From Macrostomum lignano (taxonomy: Eukaryota): DNA of 64,000 nucleotides. Position numbers and translations under genes: made by a program. Within the stretch, counting starts at the first letter, position 1; each line of letters opens with the position of its first letter. Location: the NCBI GenBank assembly GCA_002269645.1, contig NIVC01002376.1, positions 62,001 to 126,000 on the forward strand, given 5' to 3'. The notes under the pieces are model-generated. The model saw only the letters and a list, made by a program, of their open reading frames with translations. It was not told where the DNA came from and searched no databases. Shown here piece by piece: positions 1 through 14,900 of the stretch.

Positions 1-3000
1 CAAGCAGTACAGCACCGTGAACGGGATGAAGGAGTTCAGGCAGCAGATCAGGCAGAATGCGAACTGGGACACGGGCTCCGAGCGGAGGCTGCGCAGCTGG
101 CACAGAGTCAGGTAGGTGGCCGTCAGCAGCAGCAGCAGCTGCGCAGTCGAGGCCGCCAGGTGAGCAGCCGATGCGGCCGGAGATCCGGGCTGGAATGGCG
201 CCGCTGTCAGCAGGGCGAGGAGGGCGACGGCGCAGAGGCAGCAGACGGAGCAGCAGGCGGCGTAGCGGCCGATCTCGGGGTTGCCCTCGCGGGGACCGGC
301 AGGGCAGCCGGAGTGACTCAGGGACCGCCGTCTGCCGACTAGGAAGGAGATGAGCATGACGGCCTGCGGGAGAGACGGCGGGAGTGACACTGGGAGTGAC
401 TAGGAGAGTGACACTAGGAGTGACTAGGAGTGTGACACTGGGAGTGACTAGGAGAGTGACACTGGGAGTGACTAGGAGTGTGACACTGGGAGTGACTAGG
501 AGAGTGACACTGGGAGTGACTAGGAGTGTGACACTGGGAGTGACTAGGAGAGTGACACTGGGAGTGACTAGGAGAGTGACACTGGGAGTGACTAGGAGTG
601 TGACACTGGGAGTGACTAGGAGAGTGACACTGGGAGTGACTAGGAGAGTGACACTGGGAGTGACTAGGAGAGTGACACTGGGAGTGACTAGGAAAGTGAC
701 ACTGGGAGTGACTAGGAGAGTGACACTGGGAGTGACTAGGAGTGTGACACTGGGAGTGACTAGGAGTGTGACACTGGGAGTGACTAGGAGTGTGACACTG
801 GGAGTGACTAGGAGTGTGACACTGGGAGTGACTAGGAGAGTGACACTGGGAGTGACTAGGAGAGAGTGACACTGGGAGTGACTAGGAGTGTGACACTGGG
901 AGTGACTAGGAGAGTGACACTGGGAGTGACTAGGAGAGTGACACTGGGAGTGACTAGGAGTGTGACACTGGGAGTGACTAGGAGAGTGACACTGGGAGTG
1001 ACTAGGAGAGTGACACTGGGAGTGACTAGGAGTGTGACACTGGGAGTGACTAGGAGAGTGACACTGGGAGTGACTAGGAGAGTGACACTGGGAGTGACTA
1101 GGAGTGTGACACTGGGAGTGACTAGGAGAGTGACACTGGGAGTGACTAGGAGTGTGACACTGGGAGTGACTAGGAGAGTGACACTGGGAGTGACTAGGAG
1201 AGTGACACTGGGAGTGACTAGGAGTGTGACACTGGGAGTGACTAGGAGAGTGACACTGGGAGTGACTAGGAGAGTGACACTGGGAGTGACTAGGAGTGTG
1301 ACACTGGGAGTGACTAGGAGAGTGCCACTGGGAGTGACACTGGGAGTGACTAGGAGAGTGACAATAGGAGTGACAATGTCAGTGGAGCGCACCTGGTATC
1401 CGTTCCCCAATATCACGAAGGCCAGCAGCAGGCAGTGATGCAGCGCCGAGTCTCCTTGGTCTTCGGTCGAATCGATAAGCAGGGTGACTGGAGTCAGGAC
1501 GGTGAGCTGGCCCGCAATCAGAGCCGAGTACACAGACAAGTTGAGCACTGTGAGGCAGGTGATGATGCCGCGGGTTTGCTGCTCAAGCTGCTCCAGCCAA
1601 GTCAGGAACAGACCGGGATGACTGGAGTTCCAATTGACGAGTATCTATGCTTTTTATTAAATTCAGTAGAACTATTGAAGTGCCAGACGGAGAGTGATAA
1701 AGCGAGTGATGAATTTCTTGTTTCTCGCATATGTTAACAAAATAATCCTTTACTAATAGTATATTAGATTTATAAATTACTAAATTTGTCAGTCAGTTAA
1801 TCCATCCATCAATCTCTAGCAATCCGTCAATTAATTAATCAATTAATTAATCAATGAATTAATCAATGAATTAATCAATCGAGCAATAAACCAATCAATC
1901 GATCGAGTAGTCAACCAGCCGATCAATCAACCAACCAATCAATCACTCAACCAACCAATCAATCACTCAACCATCCAATCAATCACTCAACCAACCAATC
2001 AATCACTCAACCATCCAATCAATCACTCAACCATCCAATCAATCACTCAACCATCCAATCAATCACTCAACCAACCAATCAATCACTCAACCATCCAATC
2101 AATCACTCAACCAACCAATCAATCACTCAACCATCCAATCAATCACTCAACCATCCAATCAATCACTCAACCAACCAATCAATCACTCAACCATCCAATC
2201 AATCACTCAACCATCCAATCAATCACTCAACCATCCAATCAATCACTCAACCAACCAATCAATCACTCAACCAACCAATCAATCACTCAACCAACCAATC
2301 AATCATTCAACCAACCAATCAATCACTCAACCATCCAATCAATCACTCAACCAACCAATCAATCATTCAACCAACCAATCAATCACTCAACCAACCAATC
2401 AATCACTCAACCAACTAATCAATCACTCAACCATCCAATCAACCAACCAATCAATCACTCAACCAACCAATCAATCACTCAACTAACCAATCAATCATTC
2501 AACCAACCAATCAATCACTCAACCATCCAATCAATCACTCAACCATCCAATCAATCACTCAACCAACCAATCAATCACTCAACCAACCAATCAATCACTC
2601 AACCAACCAATCAATCACTCAACCAACCAATCAATCACTCAACCATCCAATCAATCACTCAACCATCCAATCAATCACTCAACCAACCAATCAATCACTC
2701 AACCAACCAATCAATCACTCAACCAACCAATCAATCACTCAACCATCCAATCAATCACTCAACCAACCAACCAATCACTCAACTATCCAATCAACCAATT
2801 AATCAATCAATCAACAAATCAATCAACCAGTGGGCACGCACCGGAACACGGCCTGCCGCCGCAGCAGGTGTACATTGCGCATCCCGAAGCGGTCCATCGT
2901 CAGCATCAGGGGGCTCCTGAAGAAGCGGCAGCCGAGCTGCTGCCCGGTGCCGCAGAAGTTCGGGCTGGCATAGCAACTCAGATCCAGCACCCGAAGCCGG

Positions 3001-3654
3001 CAGCTGGTCAGCAACTGGCCTGGCAGCGGCGCGTCCGTCTCGCTCCAGTAGCGAGTCAGGAGGCTCTCGGCCATAGACAGCAGGCCCAGGTGGGCCGCCA
3101 GCTCAGCGGGCAGGAGGCCTCTGCAGTTCTCCCGACGAATCAGGCTAGCCAAATCCTCTCGGGATAAAATTCCCCGATCAGACAGGCTGTCAATCAATTG
3201 CAGCTGCCGTTTTGAGCCGGCCGAAGCCGCCGCTCCCAGCACGGCCGCGTGGAGGGCGTTGGTTCGAGTCCCAGGCTCGGTCAGACTGGGCAGACAAATC
3301 TGGCCAAGATTGGAGTCTGAGCCGAGCCAATCGGGTGACAGCAGAACCCGTCGGGAGCCGTGAAAAATCGCCATCAGAATGGGATTAGTGGGATCAGTGT
3401 GCTGCTGCCGCCCGTACTCAGGAGGGTGATGCGGCTGGCAGCTGAGCAGGAACCGCAGCCACCGATCCGGCCCCAGACGGTCGGCAAGACGGTGGGACCA
3501 TTTGGGGTCGTCGCGAGCCAAGCTGAGCACAAAGTCCCAGTGAGACTGCTGCGATTCTTCATCCAAGACTGACAGGTGCTCCAGGTAGTCGGAGTTGCAC
3601 AACTGATCAGCTGCATGCAGGTGCGCAAGTGTTTTGCGGTTGCGGACTGCATGG
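1..3654 (-). CDS. Divergent TRPV-like (ankyrin + transmembrane) ion channel gene, partial; runs off the left edge
   Basis: Phase-consistent GT-AG exons 3654-2842, 1621-1393 and 363-1. Ankyrin-like TNALHAAVL and ENCRGLLPAELAAHLG resemble the TRPV N..GLTPL.LAA..G motif. They are followed by AVFR|HPGLFLTW and several hydrophobic segments (IITCLTVLNLSVYSALIAG, CCLCAVALLALL, FAFCLICCLNSFIPFTVLYCL). The 5' exon was not resolved. Confidence 0.55.
384..1370. repeat. Intronic 24-bp minisatellite (gtgacactgggagtgactaggaga)n
   Basis: About 40 near-identical units visible; explains ORFs 384..869, 414..872 and 866..1438. Confidence 0.97.
1920..2820. repeat. Intronic 20-bp AATC/AACC-based minisatellite
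   Basis: Unit aaccaaccaatcaatcactc with c/t variants. Confidence 0.97.
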
Positions 3655-3789
3655 CTAACTTGTCAGGCGTTTTGACAATTGCTAAATGCTACATGTACAT
3701 AATGTACGTGCGTACATGTAATTTTAAATTTACATACTATATGTACTGAATTTTAGACAGCGACTTCTAAAGTGACTGCGATAGAGTGA

Positions 3790-4460
3790 CAAGTGGAGTG
3801 ACTGAATTGGAGTGACTGAATTGGAGTGCCTGGATAGGAGTGCCTGGATAGGAGTGACTGGATAGGAGTTACAGAATTGGAGTGCTTGGACGGGAGTGAC
3901 TGGATAGGAGTGACTGAATTGGAGTGCCTGGACAGGAGTGACTGAGGTGGAGTGCCTGGATAGGAGTGACTGGATAGGAGTGACAGAATTGGAGTGCCTG
4001 GACAGGAGTGACAGAATTGGAGTGACTGGATAGGAGTGACTGAATTGGAGTGCCTGGATAGGAGTGACTGGATAGGAGTGACAGAATTGGAGTGCCTGGA
4101 CAGGAGTGACAGAATTGGAGTGCCTGGATAGGAGTGACAGACTTGGAGTGCCTGGATAGGAGTGACTGGATAGGAGTGACAGAATTGGAGTGCCTGGATA
4201 GGAGTGACAGAATTGGAGTGCCTGGATAGGAGCGACAGAATTGGAGTGCCTGGATAGGAGTGACAGAATTGGAGTGCCTGGATAGGAGTGACAGAATTGG
4301 AGTGCCTGGATAGGAGTGACAGAATTGGAGTGCCTGGACAGGAGTGACAGAATTGGAGTGCCTGGACAGGAGTGACAGAATTGGAGTGCCTGGACAGGAG
4401 TGACTGAATTGGAGTGACTGGATAGGAGTGACTGAATTGGAGTGCTTGGACATGAGTGAC
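3790..4460. repeat. Minisatellite, about 28-bp unit built from 14-bp subunits (ggagtgacagaatt/ggagtgcctggata)
   Basis: Direct inspection; explains three overlapping minus-strand repeat ORFs. Confidence 0.95.
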
Positions 4461-5586
4461 AGAACTGCAAGGCGTACCAGCTCCATCAGCAGCAGCAGCA
4501 GCAGGAGTGGCATCCATAGCCTCTATTCAGAGATGAAGAACTCAGAAGCAGTCTTCAATTACACAGGAGCCTTCTCAAGCAGCCGACATCCGGACAGCCG
4601 TATTATATATTACTCAGCGGTTAAACAATACTCCAACAAGCCGTGGAGCAGCAGCGCATCTATTTGTTAGCAAACTAACTTGCAGGGTGCCTCAGCATTC
4701 CCGAGACGAGTGGCTTGCTCAAACAATCTCGAACCAAGGAGCCTCCAAAAGCGGAGCCTCTCCCGGTGCCCCCTGAGGCCGTCTGTATGCAGACATCAAA
4801 CAAAATTCAAGCAGAATTCATAAAAAATTTCACTATTTGCCCATCGAGTGCAGACTTTCTGTATTGGCTAACCAGCAACCAGATGCTGCTTGGCGAATTA
4901 GACTACTACCCGAGACAGCGGGTGTAAGTAGCACAATTCGAATATTATTGTCAGAGTTTATTACTAAAAAATGCTGATTTCTGTGCTGCTATACTAATGA
5001 TGATCAATTAAAAAAGCAGACTTGAAGCAAAAAAGGCTCGAAACGTTTAAAAGCGCAAAAGCAAAACAGGAAATCAACTGCACTCCATTCAACAGAGATA
5101 ATTCAGAGATTTAAAAATTGAGGAACTCCTGCACTGAGAATAGGAGATGAGATTAGAGAAGATGGCTTGAGAAGAGAGGAGAGGTACGAGACCTGAATTG
5201 CAACCTGAAACAGTGCGAGAAAACTATTATTAAGTATTATAATTATGTTGCTTATGAACTGAAAATATGCAAACTTTTACCAACTGCACCAAGGCTACAA
5301 ATTACAGTTGCATAAAGGGTAATTACCGGTAATTAACGGAAATCGCCTACAGTAAATTACCTTTAATTAACGATAAATACCTACAATTAATGATTACTAT
5401 CGATAATTAACGATAATTACCTACAATTTTTTACTTACTACAAATATTTTACGATAATTTTCTAGTATAATGTGACACTAAAAATAATTAACGATAATCA
5501 CCTACAATTAACGGTAATTACCATCCAGTTAGCGATAATTAAGCTTAATTAGCCGCAATAAATCAATCACTAAGACACTTAATGTT

Positions 5587-6455
<869 letters not shown>

Positions 6456-6819
6456 TCTTTATATTTATATTTTCACTTGCAGATATCCTAAAAAAATCAC
6501 GGTCGAGAAATAATTTGAATTTGAATTGGGAAAATTCATCTCAAACACGAGCGTACAAACACAAAACTAAAAGTACGCAAAGGATGTAAAAAATTAGGAT
6601 CTGATGGATGGCAATGGCAGTGCTGATTGATACACAGGTTTATTAAACATGGAAGAACGGAGACAGTGAATACCCAGTTTGCAGATTGTTAATACAGATA
6701 TTTCTTTGTTAAAATTTGGTCAAAAAGTGACTTAAAGAGGCATTGATTTTTCAATTAATTATCGAAATTTAAAAAAGCACGACTGACAAAGGAGCATGGC
6801 TGCATCATACACGCACTGA

Positions 6820-7295
6820 GATCCCACACAGTGTTTTATCCCACCCTAAAATCCCACACACTGTTTTATCCCACCCTAAAATCCCACACAGTGTTTTATC
6901 CCACCCTAAAATCCCACACACTGTTTTATCCCACCCTAAAATCCCACACAGTGTTTTATCCCACCCTAAGATCCCACACACTGTTTTATCCCACCCTAAA
7001 ATCCCACACAGTGTTTTATCCCACCCTAAGATCCCACACACTGTTTTATCCCACCCTAAGATCCCACACACTGTTTTATCCCACCCTAACATCCCACACA
7101 CTGTTTTATCCCACCCTAAAATTCCACACACTGTTTTATCCCACCCTAAAATTCCACACACTGTTTTATCCCACCCTAAAATTCCACACACTGTTTTATC
7201 CCACTTTAAAATCCCACAGACTGTTTTATCCCACTTTAAAATCCCACAGACTGTTTTATCCCACACTAACATCCCACGCACTGTTTTATCCCACA
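6820..7295. repeat. 30-bp minisatellite (atcccacacactgttttatcccaccctaaa)n
   Basis: About 15 units. Confidence 0.96.
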
Positions 7296-7325
7296 AGCAA
7301 TGCCCATCAGTACTCAACCATTGTC

Positions 7326-7592
7326 TCACAGTTCCCCAGTCGCTGGACTGGCGGTCTGCAGATCTCCCTCAGAGGAGCCGTTGAACAGGGAGGCCAGCAG
7401 ACCCAGGGAGTGCTGGATCACGGTGTGGTGCGGCAGGAACACCCAGCCAGTGTACAGCGACATGACCAGAATCAGCACCATGGCTATGTTGAACACTTTC
7501 CGTTCCCAGGGCTCCAGCATGTAAATTGAAGTTTCCACGATGTACTTGAAGTACAGGCTGGAGAGGAAGTTGCCGGGTTCAACTTCTTTCAT
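7326..7592 (-). CDS. SPTSSA: Serine palmitoyltransferase small subunit (SPTSSA/B family)
   Basis: LYFKYIVETSIYMLEPWERKVFNIAMVLILVMSLYTGWVFLPHH matches the family signature Y..Y...T..YMLEPWER.VFN.....I..M.LYTG.VF.P.H. A versus B paralogue assignment is not possible. Confidence 0.92.
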   Translation of the reverse strand: MKEVEPGNFLSSLYFKYIVETSIYMLEPWERKVFNIAMVLILVMSLYTGWVFLPHHTVIQHSLGLLASLFNGSSEGDLQTASPATGEL

Positions 7593-7734
7593 AATTTATC
7601 GATTGGCTGAAAAAGAAGAGAATTTATATCGAAAGCTGATTAGCAGATATATGCAATTATTTCACTAATTAAATATAATTTAGGATGGCAGCACTGAAGC
7701 TAATGAAGAAGGTAGGAACATCTACTGAAGGATC

Positions 7735-9752
7735 TGAGGAGGGCAGCGCCATCTACTGAAGAATCTGAGGAGGGCAGCGCCATCTACTGAAGGATCTGAG
7801 GAGGGCAGCGCCATCTACTGAAGGATCTGAGGAGGGTAGCGCCATCTACTGAAGAATCTGAGTAGGGCAGCGCCATCTACTGAAGAATCTGAGGAGGGCA
7901 GCGCCATCTACTGAAGAATCTGAGGAGGGCAGCGCCATCTACTGAAGAATCTGAGGAGGGCAGCGCCATCTACTGAAGGATCTAAGGAGGGCAGCGCCAT
8001 CTACTGAAGAATCTGAGGAGGGCAGCGCCATCTACTGAAGAATCTGAGGAGGGCAGCGCCATCTACTGAAGAATCTGAGGAGGGCAGCGCCATCTACTGA
8101 AGAATCTGAGGAGGGCAGCGCCATCTACTGAAGGATCTGAGGAGGGTAGCGCCATCTACTGAAGGATCTGAGGGTAGCGCCATCTACTGAAGGATCTGAG
8201 GAGGGCAGCGCCATCTACTGAAGGATCTGAGGGTAGCGCCATCTACTGAAGGATCTGAGGAGGGCAGCGCCATCTACTGAAGAATCTGAGGAGGGCAGCG
8301 CCATCTACTGAAGGATCTGAGGAGGGCAGCGCCATCTACTGAAGGATCTGAGGGTAGCGCCATCTACTGAAGAATCTGAGGAGGGCAGCGCCATCTACTG
8401 AAGGATCTGAGGAGGGTAGCGCCATCTACTGAAGGATCTGAGGGCAGCGCCATCTACTGAAGGATCTGAGGAGGGCAGCGCCATCTACTGAAGGATCTGA
8501 GGAGGGCAGCGCCATCTACTGAAGGATCTGAGGAGGGCAGCGCCATCTACTGAAGGATCTGAGGAGGGCAGCGCCATCTACTGAAGGATCTGAGGAGGGC
8601 AGCGCCATCTACTGAAGGATCTGAGGAGGGCAGCGCCATCTACTGAAGGATCTGAGGAGGGCAGCGCCATCTACTGAAGGATCTGAGGAGGGCAGCGCCA
8701 TCTACTGAAGGATCTGAGGAGGGTAGCGCCATCTACTGAAGGATCTGAGGAGGGTAGCGCCATCTACTGAAGGATCTGAGGAGGGCAGCGCCATCTACTG
8801 AAGGATCTGAGGAGGGCAGCGCCATCTACTGAAGGATCTGAGGAGGGCAGCGCCATCTACTGAAGGATCTGAGGAGGGCAGCGCCATCTGCTGAAGGATC
8901 TGAGGAGGGCAGCGCCGTCTACTGAAGGATCTGAGGAGGGCAGCGCCATCTACTGAAGGATCTGAGGAGGGCAGCGCCATCTACTGAAGGATCTGAGGAG
9001 GGCAGCGCCGTCTACTGAAGGATCTGAGGAGGGCAGCGCCATCTACTGAAGGATCTGAGGAGGGCAGCGCCATCTACTGAAGGATCTGAGGAGGGCAGCG
9101 CCATCTACTGAAGGATCTGAGGAGGGTAGCGCCATCTACTGAAGAATCTGAGGAGGGCAGCGCCATCTACTGAAGGATCTGAGGAGGGCAGCGCCATCTA
9201 CTGAAGGATCTGAGGAGGGCAGCGCCATCTACTGAAGGATCTGAGGAGGGCAGCGCCATCTACTGAAGGATCTGAGGAGGGCAGCGCCATCTACTGAAGG
9301 ATCTGAGGGCAGCGCCATCTACTGAAGGATCTGAGGGCAGCGCCATCTACTGAAGGATCTGAGGGCAGCGCCATCTACTGAAGGATCTGAGGAGGGCAGC
9401 GCCATCTACTGAAGGATCTGAGGAGGGCAGCGCCATCTACTGAAGGATCTGAGGAGGGCAGCGCCATCTACTGAAGGATCTGAGGGCAGCGCCATCTACT
9501 GAAGGATCTGAGGGCAGCGCCATCTACTGAAGGATCTGAGGGCAGCGCCATCTACTGAAGGATCTGAGGAGGGCAGCGCCATCTACTGAAGGATCTGAGG
9601 AGGGCAGCGCCATCTACTGAAGAATCTGAGGAGGGTAGCGCCATCTACTGAAGAATCTGAGGAGGGCAGCGCCATCTACTGAAGGATCTGAGGGCAGCGT
9701 CATCTACTGAAGGATCTGAGGAGGGTAGCGCCATCTACTGAAGGATCTGAGG
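7735..9752. repeat. 2-kb tandem array, 31/28-bp unit (gagggcagcgccatctactgaaggatctgag)
   Basis: About 65 units between the divergently oriented SPTSS and p53-like starts. Confidence 0.98.
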
Positions 9753-10031
9753 CCATATTTGCATCACAATGAGATCTGAAGCAACCCCCTCCCCCTCTTA
9801 AGAGAGCCAGCCAATAGGAAAGATGAAGGAGTTCCTCCCTTGGATTTTCTCAAACGAACGCAGGGGCAAAAATACCCCCCAAAAATCCTTGCCCGCAAAG
9901 TCGTGAGCCAATCGAATTCCAAGGACCCGGGATTAAATTCGGTTAGAAAAACAGGTGCGAATAACCGGCTGAGCTCCAGCCTGCCAGTTGGAACAGATCG
10001 AGCTCAGGTTAGGTTTAGGTTTAACCCAGTC

Positions 10032-11901
10032 ATGTTAGCCGCCCAATCGGCACACCTGAGCACAGCAAGCCTACAGCAGCAGCAACTGCAGCATCATCAC
10101 TATCCCTGCATCCTGGACGAGAAGAACGACTCCGTTTCACATATCGATTTTAGCCTCGTCAGAGCCATGACCGACTCCATGCATCCCAGTCAGCAGCAAC
10201 AGCAGCAGGACATGGTGTGGGGTGGCGGCCAAAACTCCGTGATGAAGTTTGACTGCATGGGCGCTCAGGACGGAGTCTTCCAGCAGCACTGGTCGCAGTG
10301 CGGCGGCTTCACAAAGTGAGTCTCAGGGGCGGATTGTGTCTCACTCCCAGAGGGCGGATTGGGTGCCTCAGGGGGCGGATTGTGTCTCACTCCCAGAGGG
10401 CGGATTGGGTGCCTCAGGGGGCGGATTGTGTCTCACTCCCAGAGGGCGGATTGGGTGTCTCAGAGGGTGGATTGGGTGTCTCAGGGTGTGGATTGGGTGT
10501 CTCAGGGGGCAGATTGGGTGTCTCAGAGGGTGGATTGGGTGTCTCAGGGAGCGGGTTGGGTGTCTCAGGGGGCGGATTGTGTCTCACTCCCAGAGGGCGG
10601 ATTGGGTGCCTCAGGGGGCGGATTGTGTCTCACTCCCAGAGGGCGGATTGGGTGTCTCAGAGGGTGGATTGGGTGTCTCAGGGTGTGGATTGGGTGTCTC
10701 AGGGGGCGGATTGGGTGTCTCAGAGGGTGGATTGGGTGTCTCAGGGGGCGGATTGGGTGTCTCAGAGGGTGGATTGGGTGTCTCAGGGAGCGGGTTGGGT
10801 GTCTCAGGGAGCGGGTTGGGTGTCTCAGGGGGCGGATTGGGTGTCTCAGGCGGCGGATTGGGTGTCTCAGAGGGTGGATTGGGTGTCTCAGGGTGTGGAT
10901 TGGGTGTCTCAGGGGGCGGATTGGATGTCTCAGGGTGTGGATTGGGTGTCTAAAGGGGGCGGATTGGGTGTCTCAGAGGGTGGATTGGGTGTCTCAGGGA
11001 GCGGGTTGGGTGTCTCAGGGGGCGGATTGGGTGTCTTAGAGGGTGGATTGGGTGTCTCAGGGAGCGGGTTGGGTGTCTCAGGGGGCGGATTGGGTGTCTC
11101 AGGCGGCGGATTGGGTGTCTCAGGGGGTGAATTGGGTATCTCAGGGGGCAGATGACAGCAGACGACAACAGTGCATCTCCCGCATTGAGAAAACAACCAA
11201 CGATGACCAGCCACCTACCCCCACCCGATCCATCTCACACCCAGCGACTTCCGGCTGAACAATGACGCCTACTACAACAGCGGCCAGAACGCGGCGTCAG
11301 CTTCGGCAGCCTCGGCGATGAGCGGCGGCAGCCCCTGCGGAGCCCAGAGCTCCGTCATCAAGACGCCTTCATCGACAACCCCCAGCCACTGCAGCCAGCA
11401 GCAGCATCTGGCTGACCAGTCAGACGGTCTCATCGACCTGGAAGTCGACGCTCCGACCAGTTCAGCGACGCCAACAAGTCACCCCGACGACGCCAGCATC
11501 AGCACCCAGAGCGAGGCGGGCCCGTACAACCTGCAGCTGAGGCTGGAGGAGATCGAGTCCCAGACTGCGGCTTCGTTTCACCAGCGACTGAATGCTTCGG
11601 GCGGGTCCAGCCTGTGGTATGCCATCGGCTTCCACTCGGCAGAGAAGGACATCATGGAGAGGGCGCTGACCGCGCCAGACGAGAAGATCACTAAGAGCAT
11701 CGTGTTGAAGAACCGGGAGGTGCTGGCCAGCCTCTGGTGCAAGGAGCTGGCGCCCGTGCGGCTCTACCTGCACGGCAACTTCGAAGCCGCCGCGGCTAAC
11801 AACCAGGCTGTGCGGCTGGTGATTCGGTGCGGGGCCTTCAGACAGCACCAGCTGCCCGTCAAGGAGTGAGTGGCCGCCTTTCTGTATTTCTGTCCTGTCT
11901 G

Positions 11902-11935
<34 letters not shown>

Positions 11936-11936
11936 A

Positions 11937-11998
<62 letters not shown>

Positions 11999-14900
11999 TT
12001 ATCTCAATCAATTATCTATCCCTAACCCCTGCGCCTGGGACCACACAAAGACCCAGTAGTGAAAACCAGCCCTAGATTGACGGTCTAAGTTGAAGAGCAG
12101 ACGAAACAAACAACTGGAGACAAACTTGGCCAGATGCCAGACAGACACCCAAAAATATGAGAGGGCTTCTCACAGTCCGCACACGACTCCGACTCATTCC
12201 CTCTCGCACCATTTGCCCCGGAATGGGTCTCACGCACCGAGCTCTAAAGGCGCCCCCTCAAAGCCTCCGTGCCCTCAGTTACGCAATAATGAAAATGCCT
12301 CTATTCGATAGAAAAGTTTCAATTGCCGATTAGAAAGAAGAAAAGGAAGGGAGAGAGGAACCCACCAGCCAGTCCGAAAGCACGGATTCCTTCTTTGTTT
12401 GTAGAATGCTGGGCTTGGCTGACTGGCAGACAAAAGATGATTGCATCACAGCAGCATTGGTAGATATATCATTACCAAATGTAACTGATGTCTATCTGCC
12501 CACTGGATCAGGTGCTCAGCCAGTTGGGGGGGGGGGGTAGCAGGTCTAGGTGGGTCAGTCAGTCACGCATGAAGGATTACCAAGCAGCCCACAATAAAGC
12601 CTTGGATACTGCTGATGTGCCATGCTAGAATTCGCCCCCCCACACCCCCTAAGGGAGATTTAACGTAACAGGCTTATACCGCTCAAAACCTAGCGCTAAA
12701 AACCACAGGCAAGACTAAAAACAAAGAATACTGTGATCGCCTCAAGCACTGATGCATGACCGAGGTGACAATGCTCAAGTTAAACAAAACAAGTGTAAAC
12801 TGTAGAAGACGCAACGCTTGAATGGCAAAATGTGTTAAAAAGTCAAACTGGCCTCGAGGCAAAAGCAATGGATTTAACAGGCTCGCCCGATCTTTAGCGT
12901 TGACAAAGACATTATTATTTAAGTCTTTGTCGATGGCCTATGGCCCTCGCTCTGAGCTCAAACCCCCCAACACGGCCCCAACTCATTCTATTTCCGATCG
13001 ATTTAGTTAGCCAGCACAATTCTGCGATCTTGGCACCGTGTCAAAAACTCACCCCCAACCCCTCACCTCCCCGCCACGAACCGCCCCCACCCACAATTTC
13101 TACCTTGGTTTCCATCATGCCTTTGGGCCTTCCCGCTCAGTTTTATGATTCAATTTTTCCCAACCCCACTGCCCAAAACCCGCTCTTTGTGTGGCATCGA
13201 ACTCTACATAAAGTTTGTTGATCGTGGGAAAACAGCGACCAGAACCAACCCGCCTTTGCAAACTTTCAGAGCGGGAATTTTGAATGTCACCGGTTGTGTT
13301 TTTCTACCAGAGCGTGGCTTGTTTATGAAAAAAAAGCGAACCCATTGTTCTGTACTACTCTGCTGCTTTTGTTGTTTTTGCTTCCACCGCCAGTCAGTGC
13401 ACAGACTGCAATTATGACCTCTATAATTGTGTTTATGATTAAATAATATTATCTTTACTATGGGATGAGACATATTTGGGATATAACTATATTCTGAAAA
13501 TTGTTGTAAACAGAATCGTGCCACAACTGCCATGCTTGTTTAATTTTCTTGACCAGTGACAATGCTCCTGTCTCATTGGCACTCTTGGCTAGGCAATTTG
13601 TTCATGGCGCCTTCTGACTCTCACTTCATATCGCTTTCTGACTCTCACTTCATATCGCTCTCTGAATCTCACTTCATATCGCTTTCTGACTCTCACTTCA
13701 TGGCGCCTTCTGACTCTCACTTCATGGCGCCTTCTGACTCTCACTTCATATCGCTCTCTGACTCTCACTTCATATCGCTTTCTGACTCTCACTTCATGGC
13801 GCCTTCTGACTCTCACTTCATATCGCTCTCTGACTCTCACTTCATATCGCTCTCTGACTCTCACTTCATATCGCTCTCTGAATCTCACTTCATATCGCTT
13901 TCTGACTCTCACTTCATGGCGCCTTCTGACTCTCACTTCATGGCGCCTTCTGACTCTCACTTCATATCGCTCTCTGACTCTCACTTCATATCGCTCTCTG
14001 ACTCTCACTTCATATCGCTCTCTGACTCTTAATTCATGGCGCCTCCTGACTCACTTTATGGCGCCTTCTGACTCTCACTTCATGGCACTCCCAGACTGTA
14101 ATTCATGGCGCCTCCTGACTCACTTCATGGCGCCCCCTGACTCTAATTCATGGCGCTCCCAGACTCTAATCAATGGCGCTCCTAGACTCTAATTCATGGC
14201 GCTCCCAGACTCTAATCCATGGCGCTCCCAGACTCTAATCCATGGCGCTCCCAGACTCTCACTTCATGGCTTTTAATCTATAATTCAAGCCTCGCTGACA
14301 CAAATTTCAAAGCAAACTTATGAAAAACTCCAACCAGACAATCTAATACTTAGCAAAACAATTCGCTAATAACTAACATGGACAGTGAGACAGTGAGTCA
14401 TCTACTAAGAGAAGAATGAAAACTGAGCACTGACTGAGCAGGGAACACAAAGGCATTAAATTAGAAGCCAGAACTTGGCAACTGTTTCAAATTCCATAAC
14501 TACCTGCTGTTATTAGCATTATTAAGATTTTAATCACTTATTAAAGCAGACTTATAGTAGCTCCCTCTCAGATCTACGCTTTACGCAATCAGTGTGTTGC
14601 CGCGGATTCCTGGAACTGAAGGTTGCGCTGTGAGTCACACTGCCTCATCCCTCAACTCAGTTATAATGTACGGATCTGGATTTTGTTGCCAAGGCCTCGT
14701 AAAAGCTGAATTATAAATTCGAAAACCTTCTCTGTCAGAGTCGGGTTGGGACAGTTGAGAACAATTCCTATTACAACGCGCCAATGATAAATGATTGAGA
14801 ACGTTGGCACTGTATCAAAATGCTAGACAGCTTGAAACTTGGCTTTAAAATCATAAAGCAAAAAGTAATGCAAAACAGGCAGGCGACTCCCCTCCCCCCA

